Of a stretch of DNA of 64,000 nucleotides, positions 1 through 9,633 are shown one piece after another (the first letter of the stretch is position 1; the number at the start of each line of letters is the position of its first letter). Origin of the DNA: Bacteroidales bacterium. GTDB lineage: Bacteria; Bacteroidota; Bacteroidia; Bacteroidales; Marinilabiliaceae. The notes under the pieces are model-generated. The model was given only the letters and a program-made list of their open reading frames with translations. It had not been told where the DNA came from and made no database searches. Both the position numbers and the translations under genes were made by a program. The stretch lies in the NCBI GenBank assembly GCA_003249255.1, contig QKJP01000029.1:94499-158498 (forward strand), in the 5' to 3' direction.

Positions 1-525
1 AAAGGAGAGAAAGGATTAGGATCCTGCGAAGAGCAAAATGTCATAAACCGGATAGATATTTTGGTTGGAACCATGGGGAAAGCTTTGGCATCAGTTGGTG
101 CCTATGCTGTTTTTAGTCAATTGTTTCGAAAGGTATTAGTCAATAAAGCAAGAACCTTACTGTTTACAACGGCCTTGCCATCCATTAATATGGCTTGGTC
201 TAAGCATGTGATCGAACAAATACCAACATTACATACCCAAAGAAAGAAATTAAATGACTTATCATTATTAATGAGCAAATCATTTACCGAGTTGGGTTAT
301 GACGCACATCATTCTCATATTATACCATTAATTGTAGGAAGTAATGAAGCGGCAGTTCAATTGTCTTTACATTTGCAGCAAAAAGGCTTTTTAGTATTTC
401 CAATTCGTCCACCCACAGTACCGGTGAATACATCAAGATTACGTTTTTCTTTAACCTCCAGTATTAAAGAAGAGTACATTCATCAATTGGTACAAGTTAT
501 TAAAGAGTCTAAAGCAAAGGCGTAG
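1..525 (+). CDS. bioF: 8-amino-7-oxononanoate synthase, C-terminal part (5' end lies outside the window)
   Basis: The frame is open from base 1. The PLP-lysine region GTMGKALASVGAYA is typical of BioF/KBL class-II aminotransferases. It is followed by bioG, bioC and bioD. Confidence 0.75.
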   Translation, partial: KGEKGLGSCEEQNVINRIDILVGTMGKALASVGAYAVFSQLFRKVLVNKARTLLFTTALPSINMAWSKHVIEQIPTLHTQRKKLNDLSLLMSKSFTELGYDAHHSHIIPLIVGSNEAAVQLSLHLQQKGFLVFPIRPPTVPVNTSRLRFSLTSSIKEEYIHQLVQVIKESKAKA

Positions 526-526
526 T

Positions 527-1192
527 ATGAAATTTCAATGGATGCATAAAGCAGGACATGAAAAGTTGATCTTGTTTTTTAATGGGTGGGGCTGTGATGC
601 AGAACCTTTTAAGTTTTTAAATAGTAAAACTTATGATGTTTTAATGTTTTATGATTACCGTGAGGTGCTTTTGCCTGAAGAGCTTTTAAATGAAATTAAG
701 AACTATAAAACCATTGAATTGGTAGCCTGGTCTTATGGTGTATGGGTGGCGCAATACGTATTGCAAGATGCTGAGGTAAGACTAAATCATTGTCTTGCAA
801 TTAATGGAACAGCCATGCCGGTGGATGATGAGTTTGGTATTTCCGAAGCTCTTGTGTTGGCAACTTTGAGGAACTTGTCGGAGCGAAATGTGATGAAATT
901 TCAGCGACGTATGTTTCTTTTAAAAGAAGATTGGCAGCGATTTCAAGATTTTTATCCAAAGAGAGAATTTGTTGATCAAAAAGTGGAACTTGAACGGTTG
1001 GTTGAAAAGTTCAAAGTTGCTACTTTAGCAGCAGATTTTTACGATACAGCTCTCATTGGAATGCAGGATTTAATATTTAATCCGGAAAATCAAATCAATT
1101 ATTGGCATGAGAAAGTAAAAATTATTAAATTGGAAATACCACATTTCTGTTTTTTTCGTTTTGTTTTTTGGGATGAGGTAGTAGCTTTGTAA
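527..1192 (+). CDS. bioG: BioG-like pimeloyl-ACP methyl ester esterase (DUF452)
   Basis: 221 aa with the LILFFNGWG alpha/beta-hydrolase-like motif. It sits between bioF and bioC, as DUF452 proteins do in Bacteroidetes, with a 1-nt gap after bioF. Confidence 0.6.
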   Translation: MKFQWMHKAGHEKLILFFNGWGCDAEPFKFLNSKTYDVLMFYDYREVLLPEELLNEIKNYKTIELVAWSYGVWVAQYVLQDAEVRLNHCLAINGTAMPVDDEFGISEALVLATLRNLSERNVMKFQRRMFLLKEDWQRFQDFYPKREFVDQKVELERLVEKFKVATLAADFYDTALIGMQDLIFNPENQINYWHEKVKIIKLEIPHFCFFRFVFWDEVVAL

Positions 1193-1199
1193 AAAAATA

Positions 1200-2033
1200 A
1201 TGTCGCTAGAAGTATTAGAAAATATAATGGAGAAGAAAAATCTTCAGCAATTAATTGATAAGCAGGTTGTTCGTCATCGATTTCGCAATGCTTCATCGAC
1301 CTATGATGCACATGCAACTGTGCAGGGGGAGATGGCTTATCAGTTGGTGGATATGGCTCATAAGTATGTTTCTAATAATCAAAACAGCATGTTAGAACTT
1401 GGTTGTGGAACAGGAGTTTTAACACGGGAAATCATTAAAAGCTTTACTTCCAATTATTTTATTGTGAATGATCTGGTGCAGGAAGTTTTTCCAACGGTCT
1501 TTCAAATTGTTCTCAATAGTTCCATGCCCCATTCTTTTTTTCTTCCAGGCGATATTGAAAGCATAGCCCTTCCTGATGAGCAAGATGTCATTTGGTCTGG
1601 AGCAACTATTCAATGGATTAATGATCTTGAAATGTTTTTTTCTTATGCCGCCGAGGCATTAACCGAGGAGGGCTTTCTAGTGGTTTCTACTTTTCTCGAA
1701 CATAACTTTCAAGAGGTAAAGACGGCAACCGACCGCGGTATTTCTTACAAAACAAAAGAAGAACTAATTAATTTAGTAAACACAAAGTTTGAAGTATTAG
1801 ATATGAAGGATTGGGAGGAGCAAGTGTGGTTTGATACTCCAATGGAAGTCCTTCGTCACATGCGTTATACAGGCGTAAATGCCTTAACCGGTGGAACATG
1901 GACGCGTGCTGATATCCGTGAGTTTGAATCTAAATACCAAGCCTTTAAAGGCGAAAAAGGTTATCCGTTAACGTATCACCCGGTTCTTTTGGTGTTGCAA
2001 AAAAAATCCATTTATTCCGAAGATGAGGAATAG
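1200..2033 (+). CDS. bioC: malonyl-ACP O-methyltransferase
   Basis: SAM-methyltransferase motif LELGCGTGVLT, in biotin-operon context. Confidence 0.65.
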   Translation: MSLEVLENIMEKKNLQQLIDKQVVRHRFRNASSTYDAHATVQGEMAYQLVDMAHKYVSNNQNSMLELGCGTGVLTREIIKSFTSNYFIVNDLVQEVFPTVFQIVLNSSMPHSFFLPGDIESIALPDEQDVIWSGATIQWINDLEMFFSYAAEALTEEGFLVVSTFLEHNFQEVKTATDRGISYKTKEELINLVNTKFEVLDMKDWEEQVWFDTPMEVLRHMRYTGVNALTGGTWTRADIREFESKYQAFKGEKGYPLTYHPVLLVLQKKSIYSEDEE

Positions 2034-2060
2034 AGTTCTTAAGCAATAGATCAAATTTTC

Positions 2061-2747
2061 ATGTCAACTTATTTTATAACTGCAATCGATACAGATGCAG
2101 GTAAAAGTATTATTACCGGGTATTTAGCCCGTTATTTTAAAGCGTGTCAGAAAGGTATTATTACCATGAAGTTAGCCCAAACCGGGTGCAATCATCTATC
2201 TGAAGATATTGAAACTCACCGAAACATAATGGGTGAAGATTTGAGGGTGGAAGACCTTGAGGGAAAGACATGCTCCTATATTTTTAAGTTTCCGGCTTCC
2301 CCTCATTTAGCCGCCGAAATGGAGGAGAGGGCGATTGATCCTCAAAAGCTAATCAATGATATTTTGCGTATTCAAAAAAGCTACTCCAATGTATTAGTCG
2401 AAGGAGTAGGCGGATTAATGGTGCCCATAACTCGAAAATATTTAGTGGCTGATTTTTTACAGGATAATCCTCTGCCGGTTATATTGGTCACTTCCGGAAG
2501 ATTGGGTTCGATTAATCACACGCTGCTTACGTTGGAAGTTTTAAAAAGTAGAGGGATTGATCTCTATGGCGTGGTTTATAATTGTTTTCCGGTTACAGCT
2601 GAGGAAATTACACACGATTCAAAAAAAGTTATTCGTCAAGCTCTGGATGGCTATTTCCCCCAGTCGCTATGGGCTGAATTTCCCATTGTAGAAGCCGGAA
2701 AAGATGTTGATTTGAAAGCCTGTTTTAAAGGTTGGTTTGAAAAGTAA
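2061..2747 (+). CDS. bioD: dethiobiotin synthetase
   Basis: N-terminal P-loop ITAIDTDAGKS and the conserved EGVGGLMVP motif. Confidence 0.8.
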   Translation: MSTYFITAIDTDAGKSIITGYLARYFKACQKGIITMKLAQTGCNHLSEDIETHRNIMGEDLRVEDLEGKTCSYIFKFPASPHLAAEMEERAIDPQKLINDILRIQKSYSNVLVEGVGGLMVPITRKYLVADFLQDNPLPVILVTSGRLGSINHTLLTLEVLKSRGIDLYGVVYNCFPVTAEEITHDSKKVIRQALDGYFPQSLWAEFPIVEAGKDVDLKACFKGWFEK

Positions 2748-2855
2748 AAATCTACTGTTTTTGTGGAAAAGTTCAGGCCGATTTATTAAATTAAAACTTC
2801 AATGTCTAAACCCTAAGCTGCGAAACAATTTTAAGCATTCAATAAGTCGCATTCG

Positions 2856-3281
2856 TTGCATGAATTGAATGATCGAAGTTTTTATCCGGCTTTCAAAAAT
2901 ATGAAACGTATGAAAGGTGGAAGTATAAATATGGTAGATCTTGACTTTGAGTATAAGATTTGGAAAAACAGATTGGTCTTATTTGAGAATGAAATTGAGA
3001 TTTTAAAAAATCGCAATGATGAAATCAAAACTCTTCCGGGTTTTGCACCATTAAATTCGGTTGAGTTAATGGTGCTGGATGAACACTTAGATCAATTGCA
3101 AAATCTCTTGAATTTAATTAATGGACAAGAGAATGAATTTAAATTCTACAATAAAGATTTTCCGATTACTCGCGAACATCAATATTTTACCGAGCATGAG
3201 AAGTTGCGAAAGAAAATGGAAAGCATTTCGAAAGTACACTTAAATAGGGTTGAGGATTTAATTACTGCTTTAGGAATTTAA
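2856..3281 (+). CDS. hypothetical protein (coiled-coil rich)
   Basis: 141-aa ORF followed by a clean terminator. No recognisable domain. Confidence 0.4.
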   Translation: MHELNDRSFYPAFKNMKRMKGGSINMVDLDFEYKIWKNRLVLFENEIEILKNRNDEIKTLPGFAPLNSVELMVLDEHLDQLQNLLNLINGQENEFKFYNKDFPITREHQYFTEHEKLRKKMESISKVHLNRVEDLITALGI

Positions 3282-3310
3282 TGAAAATTCTAATTTGTTT
3301 TGAATGACTG

Positions 3311-3338
3311 ATCCCCGCTGAAAATCGGGGATTTTTAG
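3311..3338 (+). terminator. rho-independent terminator
   Basis: Hairpin ATCCCCG-N8-CGGGGAT followed by TTTTT, immediately after the 2856..3281 ORF. Confidence 0.6.
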
Positions 3339-3377
3339 TTAGTTTTGCAGCTCATTTAAACATCCAAAAGAATAGGC

Positions 3378-3761
3378 ATGAAAGATTTTAAAACCCGCGT
3401 AAAGATAAAAGCAGAAATGGAAGATGTTTTTGCCGCTTTTACAAACCCATTTACAATAGAATTGTGGAGTGGATACCCGGCAGTAATGTCTTTAGAGCCT
3501 GGCGCTGAGTTTTCACTTTGGGAAGGAGATATCTGTGGCTGCATTCTTGAAGCTGAAGAAAATGTGAAAGTGGTTCAGGAGTGGTTTTTTGGCGAGCAGG
3601 AAGAAGCTTCAATTGTGACCATTAAATTCTTTAAAGATGGCGGGAAAATTCAGGTGGACGTTAATCATACCAATATTCCGGATGAAGCTTATGAAGATAT
3701 TTGCGAAGGATGGGAAGAGTATTTTTTAGGTGCCATTAAAACCTTCCTTGAGATCGAGTAG
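3378..3761 (+). CDS. SRPBCC/AHSA1-like (activator of Hsp90 ATPase homolog) domain protein
   Basis: 127 aa with a typical START/Bet v1-like AHSA1 N-terminal pattern (FTNPFTIELWSG...). Confidence 0.5.
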   Translation: MKDFKTRVKIKAEMEDVFAAFTNPFTIELWSGYPAVMSLEPGAEFSLWEGDICGCILEAEENVKVVQEWFFGEQEEASIVTIKFFKDGGKIQVDVNHTNIPDEAYEDICEGWEEYFLGAIKTFLEIE

Positions 3762-4231
3762 TGTTCCTGTGCTTTTCAGTGGTGTGAATTGGGATTTATA
3801 TTTTTGGGGATCTAAAAATTTAACTTAAATAATATGGTAATAAGGTGTGTGTAATACAACTTATTCAATAACCACTAAGGTGGCTAAAGCCTATAGAAAT
3901 AAGGTTGTTAAAAACCTTACTGAATATCCGCAAATATGCATAATTCAAAAAAACATAAATATTACGCAAAAAAACTCAACACAGGGGCACAGAGGTTTAT
4001 GGAAAAAAATAAAAATCTTTGTGTCTCCGTGTCTCTGTATTGAAATAATTATGAGTATTAACGGATATACGTAAAACCTTATTTCAATTTTTTACCTTAG
4101 TACCCCTCAAAATAAAAAAAAATAACCGTATTGTTTTTTTATTGATCCCCAACTTTTCGGCTTGATCCGTTTAATGTCTCCCCGGTATTTATCGGGGCTA
4201 AAGTCTAAAAATCTCATCCTGAAATAAGAGA

Positions 4232-5077
4232 TTAGTCTTTCCAATACTTTTCTCTTTCTTTCTGCTGTTTTGGTGTGGCTTCGGGTGTTTTTATGTAGGA
4301 AATAGATAAAGGCTTTGGAAAACCTTCTGCTTTCCGTCTCTCAAAATCGCGTTGCCTGTATTGATCAAATGCCGTGCCTGGAGGTAATGGGCGGTTTTTA
4401 TCCATGTACCACACCATGAAAACCCAAAATGCCTCAATATCATTTTCTTCGGGAATGCTTTTTATAGAAATGTGTTTATTGGTGTCAAGGCTTTTAACGA
4501 GGCATCTGAAAGTCTCATATTTATCTGTAATGTATAATTTTAGAACCGTATCACCACCACCATAATCATCCGGAACTCCCATTTTTTTAATGATGGCCTC
4601 TACGTGATTAAATTTTAATGTTCTTGATTTATAATAAAATGTAGCAGGTAGTGTGATCTTGCCATTGAGCCTATCGAGTACAATATTTTTCTTTGAAGAA
4701 AAGAAATATTCATTTGTATAATATACCGTCATTATTGAGGTGAAAGCTGCAATTGAAATTAGCCATATTTTTACAAAAGTATCGCTCGGTTCAGAACTTG
4801 TTAAGTAGTGATAGGAGAAGGTTAAAAAGGCATAACCCAGTGTATAAAAGAAGATGTTTAATAAATAATATCCAAATGACTTTTTCTTGTTGCACTTTAT
4901 GAAAACTTCATCCGATGCAACTTGTATTTCACCTTTTTTATTGGGTTTTATTTTTTCTTTATTAATCTTATCATAATGATATCTGATTTTCTTATCAAGG
5001 AATATTGTAGGTAGCATAGGGGGGTTAAGGGTTGTATTATTAATCAGTGTATTCTTTAGACAGTAGTTTAGGTCCAA
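4232..5077 (-). CDS. hypothetical 2-TM membrane protein with a conserved C-terminal module (paralog of 42733..43464)
   Basis: Two hydrophobic helices. The C-terminal ~40 aa (WYMDKNRPLPPGTAFD.YRQ.DFERRKAEGFP.PL) is nearly identical to that of the protein at 42733..43464. Confidence 0.5.
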   Translation of the reverse strand: MDLNYCLKNTLINNTTLNPPMLPTIFLDKKIRYHYDKINKEKIKPNKKGEIQVASDEVFIKCNKKKSFGYYLLNIFFYTLGYAFLTFSYHYLTSSEPSDTFVKIWLISIAAFTSIMTVYYTNEYFFSSKKNIVLDRLNGKITLPATFYYKSRTLKFNHVEAIIKKMGVPDDYGGGDTVLKLYITDKYETFRCLVKSLDTNKHISIKSIPEENDIEAFWVFMVWYMDKNRPLPPGTAFDQYRQRDFERRKAEGFPKPLSISYIKTPEATPKQQKEREKYWKD

Positions 5078-6266
5078 AAACTTTTATGCCAATCGCTCCA
5101 ATTGGTGCTGTTACAATAATACTTAATACTGCAATGCTTAATATGGTTTCTCCATAAGGTATGTTTAATTGCGGTAAGGTACCTTCTAGAACCATCGTTA
5201 ATGGTATGGCTCCAATTGCAGCTTGAACGGTTGCTTTGGGCAGGTAAGATATAATGCAGAAAATCTTTTCTTTAGTGTTGAGGTGAGAGTTTAATAATGA
5301 AATCCAAACGCCTATGCTTCGGGCAACTAAACCAATGGCTAATATTAATAAACCTATCCCGATGAGGTTAGCGCTGAGGGCTTCAATTCGTACTTCTGTG
5401 CCAATGTATACAAAGAGCAGGATTTCAGAAAGCACCCATACTTTGTTGAATTTTTGAGCTAAACGGTTAGCCAATACATCATACTTTTCAAGAATGACAA
5501 ACCCAATGGACATGATACCCAATAATCCGGCAATTGGAATGATGTCTTTTATCGTTTGAAACTCTGTTAGTTCGTAAAATAAAACGGCAATAATCATGAA
5601 AATGATCACTTTTTTAGTATCTCGAATATGAAATTTTTTGAAGTACGTTACCAGTGCAAAGCCAATGGCAATTCCCAAAGCAGCACCTATAATAATCCCT
5701 GCCGGAACGCTTATGGCTAATTGTGCATAGTTAATCGAATTACCGGCTCCTAAGCTAATGAAGACACCAAAAATAGTAATGGCAAAAATATCATCAACGG
5801 ATGCACCTGCCAAAACAAGAGTAGGGACTTCTTTTTTCTTGCCATAGCCTAAGTCCTTTAGTGCCAACATCGATGGGACTACTACGGCAGGAGATACTGC
5901 TGCTATTATAAAACCGAGCATTCCGGCTTGAATAATTGGAAAATCAAGTAAAAAATGTGCCAATGCCAGCACTGTAAATCCTTCTAAAATGCCGGGAATG
6001 AAACTCATGAAAATAGCTGGCTTTCCCACTTTAGTTAAAGTCTTTTTATTAATGCCCAATCCTGCTCTGATTAAGATCACAATTAGGGCAGCAGTTTTAA
6101 ATTCTCTAAGCAGGTGAATGACCTCTGCATCAACGAGGTTAAGGATTGCCGGACCCAGTATAATCCCTGTCAGAATCATACCCAATATACCGGGCAGATT
6201 GATCTTGGTTAAAGCATAGTTTAATAATAGGGCTAAAAGAACGATAAGAGCAATGCTAGTTAACAT
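5040..6266 (-). CDS. cation:proton (Na+/H+) antiporter
   Basis: 408 aa with ~11-12 TM segments and a glycine-rich NhaP/CPA1-like N-terminus (NLPGILGMILTGIILGP). Confidence 0.7.
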   Translation of the reverse strand: MLTSIALIVLLALLLNYALTKINLPGILGMILTGIILGPAILNLVDAEVIHLLREFKTAALIVILIRAGLGINKKTLTKVGKPAIFMSFIPGILEGFTVLALAHFLLDFPIIQAGMLGFIIAAVSPAVVVPSMLALKDLGYGKKKEVPTLVLAGASVDDIFAITIFGVFISLGAGNSINYAQLAISVPAGIIIGAALGIAIGFALVTYFKKFHIRDTKKVIIFMIIAVLFYELTEFQTIKDIIPIAGLLGIMSIGFVILEKYDVLANRLAQKFNKVWVLSEILLFVYIGTEVRIEALSANLIGIGLLILAIGLVARSIGVWISLLNSHLNTKEKIFCIISYLPKATVQAAIGAIPLTMVLEGTLPQLNIPYGETILSIAVLSIIVTAPIGAIGIKVFGPKLLSKEYTD

Positions 6267-6320
6267 GTTTGTTGGCTTTATTGAATTTAAAATCTTTTAA
6301 AAGTGAATGTTAGGTGAGGT

Positions 6321-6896
6321 TTAAATGTAAAGCTTGTGGTAGTGTATAAAGTTCTGAACCTCAGGAGTCGTAAAGTAGGGTATTTCTTTGTTATTGGCGA
6401 TCCAGTTTCTTAATTGAGTGGATGAGATATCAATCATTGGAGCTTCAGTAATTTTGCAATTTGTTGGATATTCATTGGTGTCAATTTTAAATCCCGGTCT
6501 GGGATAGATCAGAATGCTGAAGTTTTCCAGAATAAAGGCTGCATCTTTCCATTTGTGAATATTTTGAAGATTGTCAGCACCCATGATGATCGAGAACTCG
6601 TGGTTGGGGTATTTTGTTTGCAGAGCTTTTAAGGTGTTGCTGGTGTACGACGGGGCGGGTAGTTCCAGCTCAATATTTTCTGTATGTATGGCGGGATGAT
6701 GCTTCGTCGCAATGGTTGCCATCTGAAGCCGAAGAGAAGCGTCCAATAAATCATCTTTTTTCTTGAAGGGATTTTGAGGACTAACAACAAAACGAACTTC
6801 ATCCAGATTTTCAAATTCAATCATGTAATTGGCCACAGCTAAGTGACCAATGTGAATGGGATTGAAAGATCCGAAAAACAGACCAGTCTTAATCAT
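6321..6896 (-). CDS. nadD: nicotinate-nucleotide adenylyltransferase
   Basis: GLFFGSFNPIHIGHL nucleotidyltransferase (H/T)xGH motif; 191 aa. Confidence 0.8.
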   Translation of the reverse strand: MIKTGLFFGSFNPIHIGHLAVANYMIEFENLDEVRFVVSPQNPFKKKDDLLDASLRLQMATIATKHHPAIHTENIELELPAPSYTSNTLKALQTKYPNHEFSIIMGADNLQNIHKWKDAAFILENFSILIYPRPGFKIDTNEYPTNCKITEAPMIDISSTQLRNWIANNKEIPYFTTPEVQNFIHYHKLYI

Positions 6897-6908
6897 GTGA
6901 ATGGTTCT

Positions 6909-7484
6909 TTATCGATTCAGAAAGTGGGTAAGTTCACTTGCTGTTTGTTCGATGGCATTATCCAATATGTCATTGATGATAATTTTATCGAACTTAGGTG
7001 CAAACGATAATTCGTAATCTGCTTTTTTTAGGCGTTGAATAATTTTTTCAGAACTATCCGTTCCCCGATTGGTCAAGCGTTTCTCTAATTCTTCTATGGA
7101 TGGAGGTTGTATAAATAGCGACAAGGCTTCTTCTCCATACATTTTTTTGATGTTAACACCACCCACAACATCTACGTCAAAAACAATGTTGTTGCCTTTG
7201 CTTGTAATGCGCTCAACCTCACTTTTTAAGGTGCCATAGTAGGTGTCTTGATAGACTTCTTCCCATTCTAAAAAGTTATCCGCATCAATTTCTCGTCTAA
7301 ACTCTTCCGGTGTTAAGAAATAATAATCTTTGCCATATTTTTCTTCACCTCGAGGGGCTCTGCTTGTGGCAGAAATGGAAAATTCAAGGTTGAAATCTCT
7401 TTTCAAAAGTTCCTGAATAATGGTTGATTTCCCGGAGCCGGAAGGGGCTGAGAAGATAATGAGTTTACCTTTTTTATCAGACAT
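6909..7484 (-). CDS. gmk: guanylate kinase
   Basis: P-loop SAPSGSGKST and a guanylate-kinase fold pattern; 191 aa. Confidence 0.85.
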   Translation of the reverse strand: MSDKKGKLIIFSAPSGSGKSTIIQELLKRDFNLEFSISATSRAPRGEEKYGKDYYFLTPEEFRREIDADNFLEWEEVYQDTYYGTLKSEVERITSKGNNIVFDVDVVGGVNIKKMYGEEALSLFIQPPSIEELEKRLTNRGTDSSEKIIQRLKKADYELSFAPKFDKIIINDILDNAIEQTASELTHFLNR

Positions 7485-7495
7485 GTTACTAACGC

Positions 7496-8371
7496 TTAAA
7501 GTACATTTAGATTTTGTTCTTTAATTTTTTCAAGTTCATCCTTCATTTGAATCACAATCTTTTGAAGATTAACATTATTGGCTTTTGAGCCCAGTGTGTT
7601 GATTTCCCGGCCAATTTCTTGAGTGATAAAACCTAGTTTTTTTCCGGCAAACTCAGTTGAATCCATGGTTTCGATAAAGTAGTCCAAGTGGTTTTGTAAA
7701 CGAACTTTTTCTTCAGTAACATCTAGTTTTTCAAGGTAATAGATCAGTTCTTGTTCAAACCTGTTTTCGTCTACCTTATGCTTTTGTCCGGCTTCTTCAA
7801 GATTTTCTCTGATGCGGGTTTTTATTTTATTAATGCGTTCTTCTTCAAACTGAGTGGTTTCTTCCAGTAATGAACCAATGGTGCTTATGCGGCTTTTAAT
7901 ATCTTTTTCTAAAGCAGAACCTTCTTGAGTTCTAAAACTTTCGATATCAGAAATAGCTTCTTTAATGGTATTCATGATGGCTTTCCATTCAGTCTCGTCT
8001 AAGGCAACTGCTTCCACTTTTACGGTATCCGGTAAAGGCATAATGATTTTTAAAAAATCAGTGGATGATTCAATATTTAGGTCCGAAGCTATTTTTTGTA
8101 ACTGGCCATGGTAGTCTTTAATAACGGTCTCATTAATTTTAGTGATTTTATCAGAAGTAGCAGCTTCTACATAAAAGCTCACATCAATTTTTCCTCTCAC
8201 TAAGCGGCTTGCAACCGTATTTCTAATTTCAATGTCTTTTTCGCGGTACAGATTGGGGATGCGTGTATTTAAGTCTAATTGCTTGCTGTTTAGCGACTTA
8301 ATTTCTATGCTAATTTTCTTACTGGGAAGTTCGCATATCGCTTTCCCGTAACCTGTCATTGATTGAATCAT
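7496..8371 (-). CDS. yicC: YicC-family stress-induced protein
   Basis: N-terminal MIQSMTGYGKA is typical of the YicC N-terminal domain; 291 aa. Confidence 0.8.
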   Translation of the reverse strand: MIQSMTGYGKAICELPSKKISIEIKSLNSKQLDLNTRIPNLYREKDIEIRNTVASRLVRGKIDVSFYVEAATSDKITKINETVIKDYHGQLQKIASDLNIESSTDFLKIIMPLPDTVKVEAVALDETEWKAIMNTIKEAISDIESFRTQEGSALEKDIKSRISTIGSLLEETTQFEEERINKIKTRIRENLEEAGQKHKVDENRFEQELIYYLEKLDVTEEKVRLQNHLDYFIETMDSTEFAGKKLGFITQEIGREINTLGSKANNVNLQKIVIQMKDELEKIKEQNLNVL

Positions 8372-8430
8372 GTGCTTAATTTTAAATCAGCTCAAAGATA
8401 ATATTTTTAGTCTAAAGTGTTTGTGTGAGT

Positions 8431-8632
8431 GCTTTAGTGTTTAGGGCTTTCGCTTTTAGCGAAATGATTATTCCCAGTCCACTAAAATCACTTTTTCTCA
8501 ATCACAAAAAAAAAACACGGAAAAATTGAAAATCAGCAAAGCTAAATTAGTCCTCCAATTTTACTTTTCGGGTGTTTTCGTAGTTAAAAATACATTGTTT
8601 TGTTTAAAAGCAATTTCCCTGCTTTAGTGTTA
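8431..8632. mobile_element. Family-2 MITE-like element, copy A (element ~8443..8620 plus flanking direct repeat GCTTTAGTGTT)
   Basis: ~180 bp, ~85% identical to 28473..28668. Imperfect terminal inverted repeats AGGG(A/C)TTTCGC...GCAATTTCCCT, flanked by 11-bp direct repeats. Confidence 0.55.
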
Positions 8633-8741
8633 TTGACATAAGTGAATTATATCGCTTTGTAAAAAAAAAGTTTTTTGAACATTCAATTACGAAAGACTGT
8701 TTACAGAGTAATCTAATTGAGAAAGTTTATTAAACGCAACA

Positions 8742-9626
8742 ATGGCAACTTATTCTATACGAGATCTGGAGAAAATATCTGGCATTAAGGCTCACACCAT
8801 CCGAATTTGGGAACGGCGCTACAAATTAATTGAACCGAGTCGGACATCAACTAATATACGTTATTATTCGGATGATGATTTAAAGCTTATTTTGAATGTT
8901 TCTATTTTGAATCAAAATGGAGTGAAGATTTCTAAGATTGCTGAATTGTCTGATGAACAGATGAGGCAGCGTGTGTTAGATTTGTGTCTTGATACCAAAA
9001 ATTCGGATGTTCAAATCGAGAATTTGTTAGTTGCCATGCTAGAAATGGATGAAGTCAAATATTCGAGTGTAATTTCCAATTCTATCCTAAAACTTGGGTT
9101 TGAAGCAACTTGTGAGCAGATCATATTTCCCTTTTTAGAGCGTGTAGGTATTCTGTGGCAGGCTGGCACAATTACTCCTTCGCAAGAGCACTTTATAAGT
9201 AACCTGATTAGGCAAAAACTTATTGTGGCCATTGATAATGAAATGCAGAATTCAGTAAATCAAACCAATAAATGTATTTTGTTTTTTTTGCCGGAGAATG
9301 AGTGGCACGAGTTAGGCTTGCTTTTTTATAGTCTTATCGCACGGAAATTGGGGTATAAAGTTTTGTATCTGGGAGCTGCAGTTCCGATGGAGGATTTGAA
9401 AACGGTTACAGAAACCCAGGTCATCCATGTTTTATTTACTTCGTATGTAAGTGCATTAGAAAAAGAAAAGCTTGAAGAATCTCTCCAATTTATCTTAAAA
9501 GAAGTGCCCAATTTGCCTTTGTTTATTACAGGGCTACAGTTGCGCATGCTAAACCCAAAGATGCCTCAAGGTACTTATGCCATTTCCAGCATCGGCGTTT
9601 TTAAAGAGAAATTGGCGAACTTGTAA
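8742..9626 (+). CDS. MerR-family transcriptional regulator with a C-terminal B12-binding-like domain (CarH/LitR-like)
   Basis: N-terminal MerR HTH (YSIRDLEKISGIKAHTIRIWERRY). The C-terminal Rossmann-like segment ILFFLPENEWHELGLL...GYKVLYLG resembles the cobalamin-binding DxHxxG region. Confidence 0.65.
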   Translation: MATYSIRDLEKISGIKAHTIRIWERRYKLIEPSRTSTNIRYYSDDDLKLILNVSILNQNGVKISKIAELSDEQMRQRVLDLCLDTKNSDVQIENLLVAMLEMDEVKYSSVISNSILKLGFEATCEQIIFPFLERVGILWQAGTITPSQEHFISNLIRQKLIVAIDNEMQNSVNQTNKCILFFLPENEWHELGLLFYSLIARKLGYKVLYLGAAVPMEDLKTVTETQVIHVLFTSYVSALEKEKLEESLQFILKEVPNLPLFITGLQLRMLNPKMPQGTYAISSIGVFKEKLANL

Positions 9627-9633
9627 ATCGCGT

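Noticed and set aside
1099-1317. Antisense small ORFs inside well-supported genes (e.g. 1099..1317, 9011..9232, 11713..11907, 15987..16262, 32407..32637, 34742..34990, 59217..59603)
   Set aside because: Each lies entirely within a longer opposite-strand or same-strand gene that has clear family signatures, and they have biased, low-complexity composition. Treated as frame shadows.
3847-4074. 75-aa ORF in the AT-rich 470-bp spacer between the SRPBCC gene and the 4232..5077 gene
   Set aside because: Low-complexity, Lys/Ile/Asn-rich translation typical of AT-rich non-coding DNA, with no start context or conservation cues. Treated as a spurious ORF.
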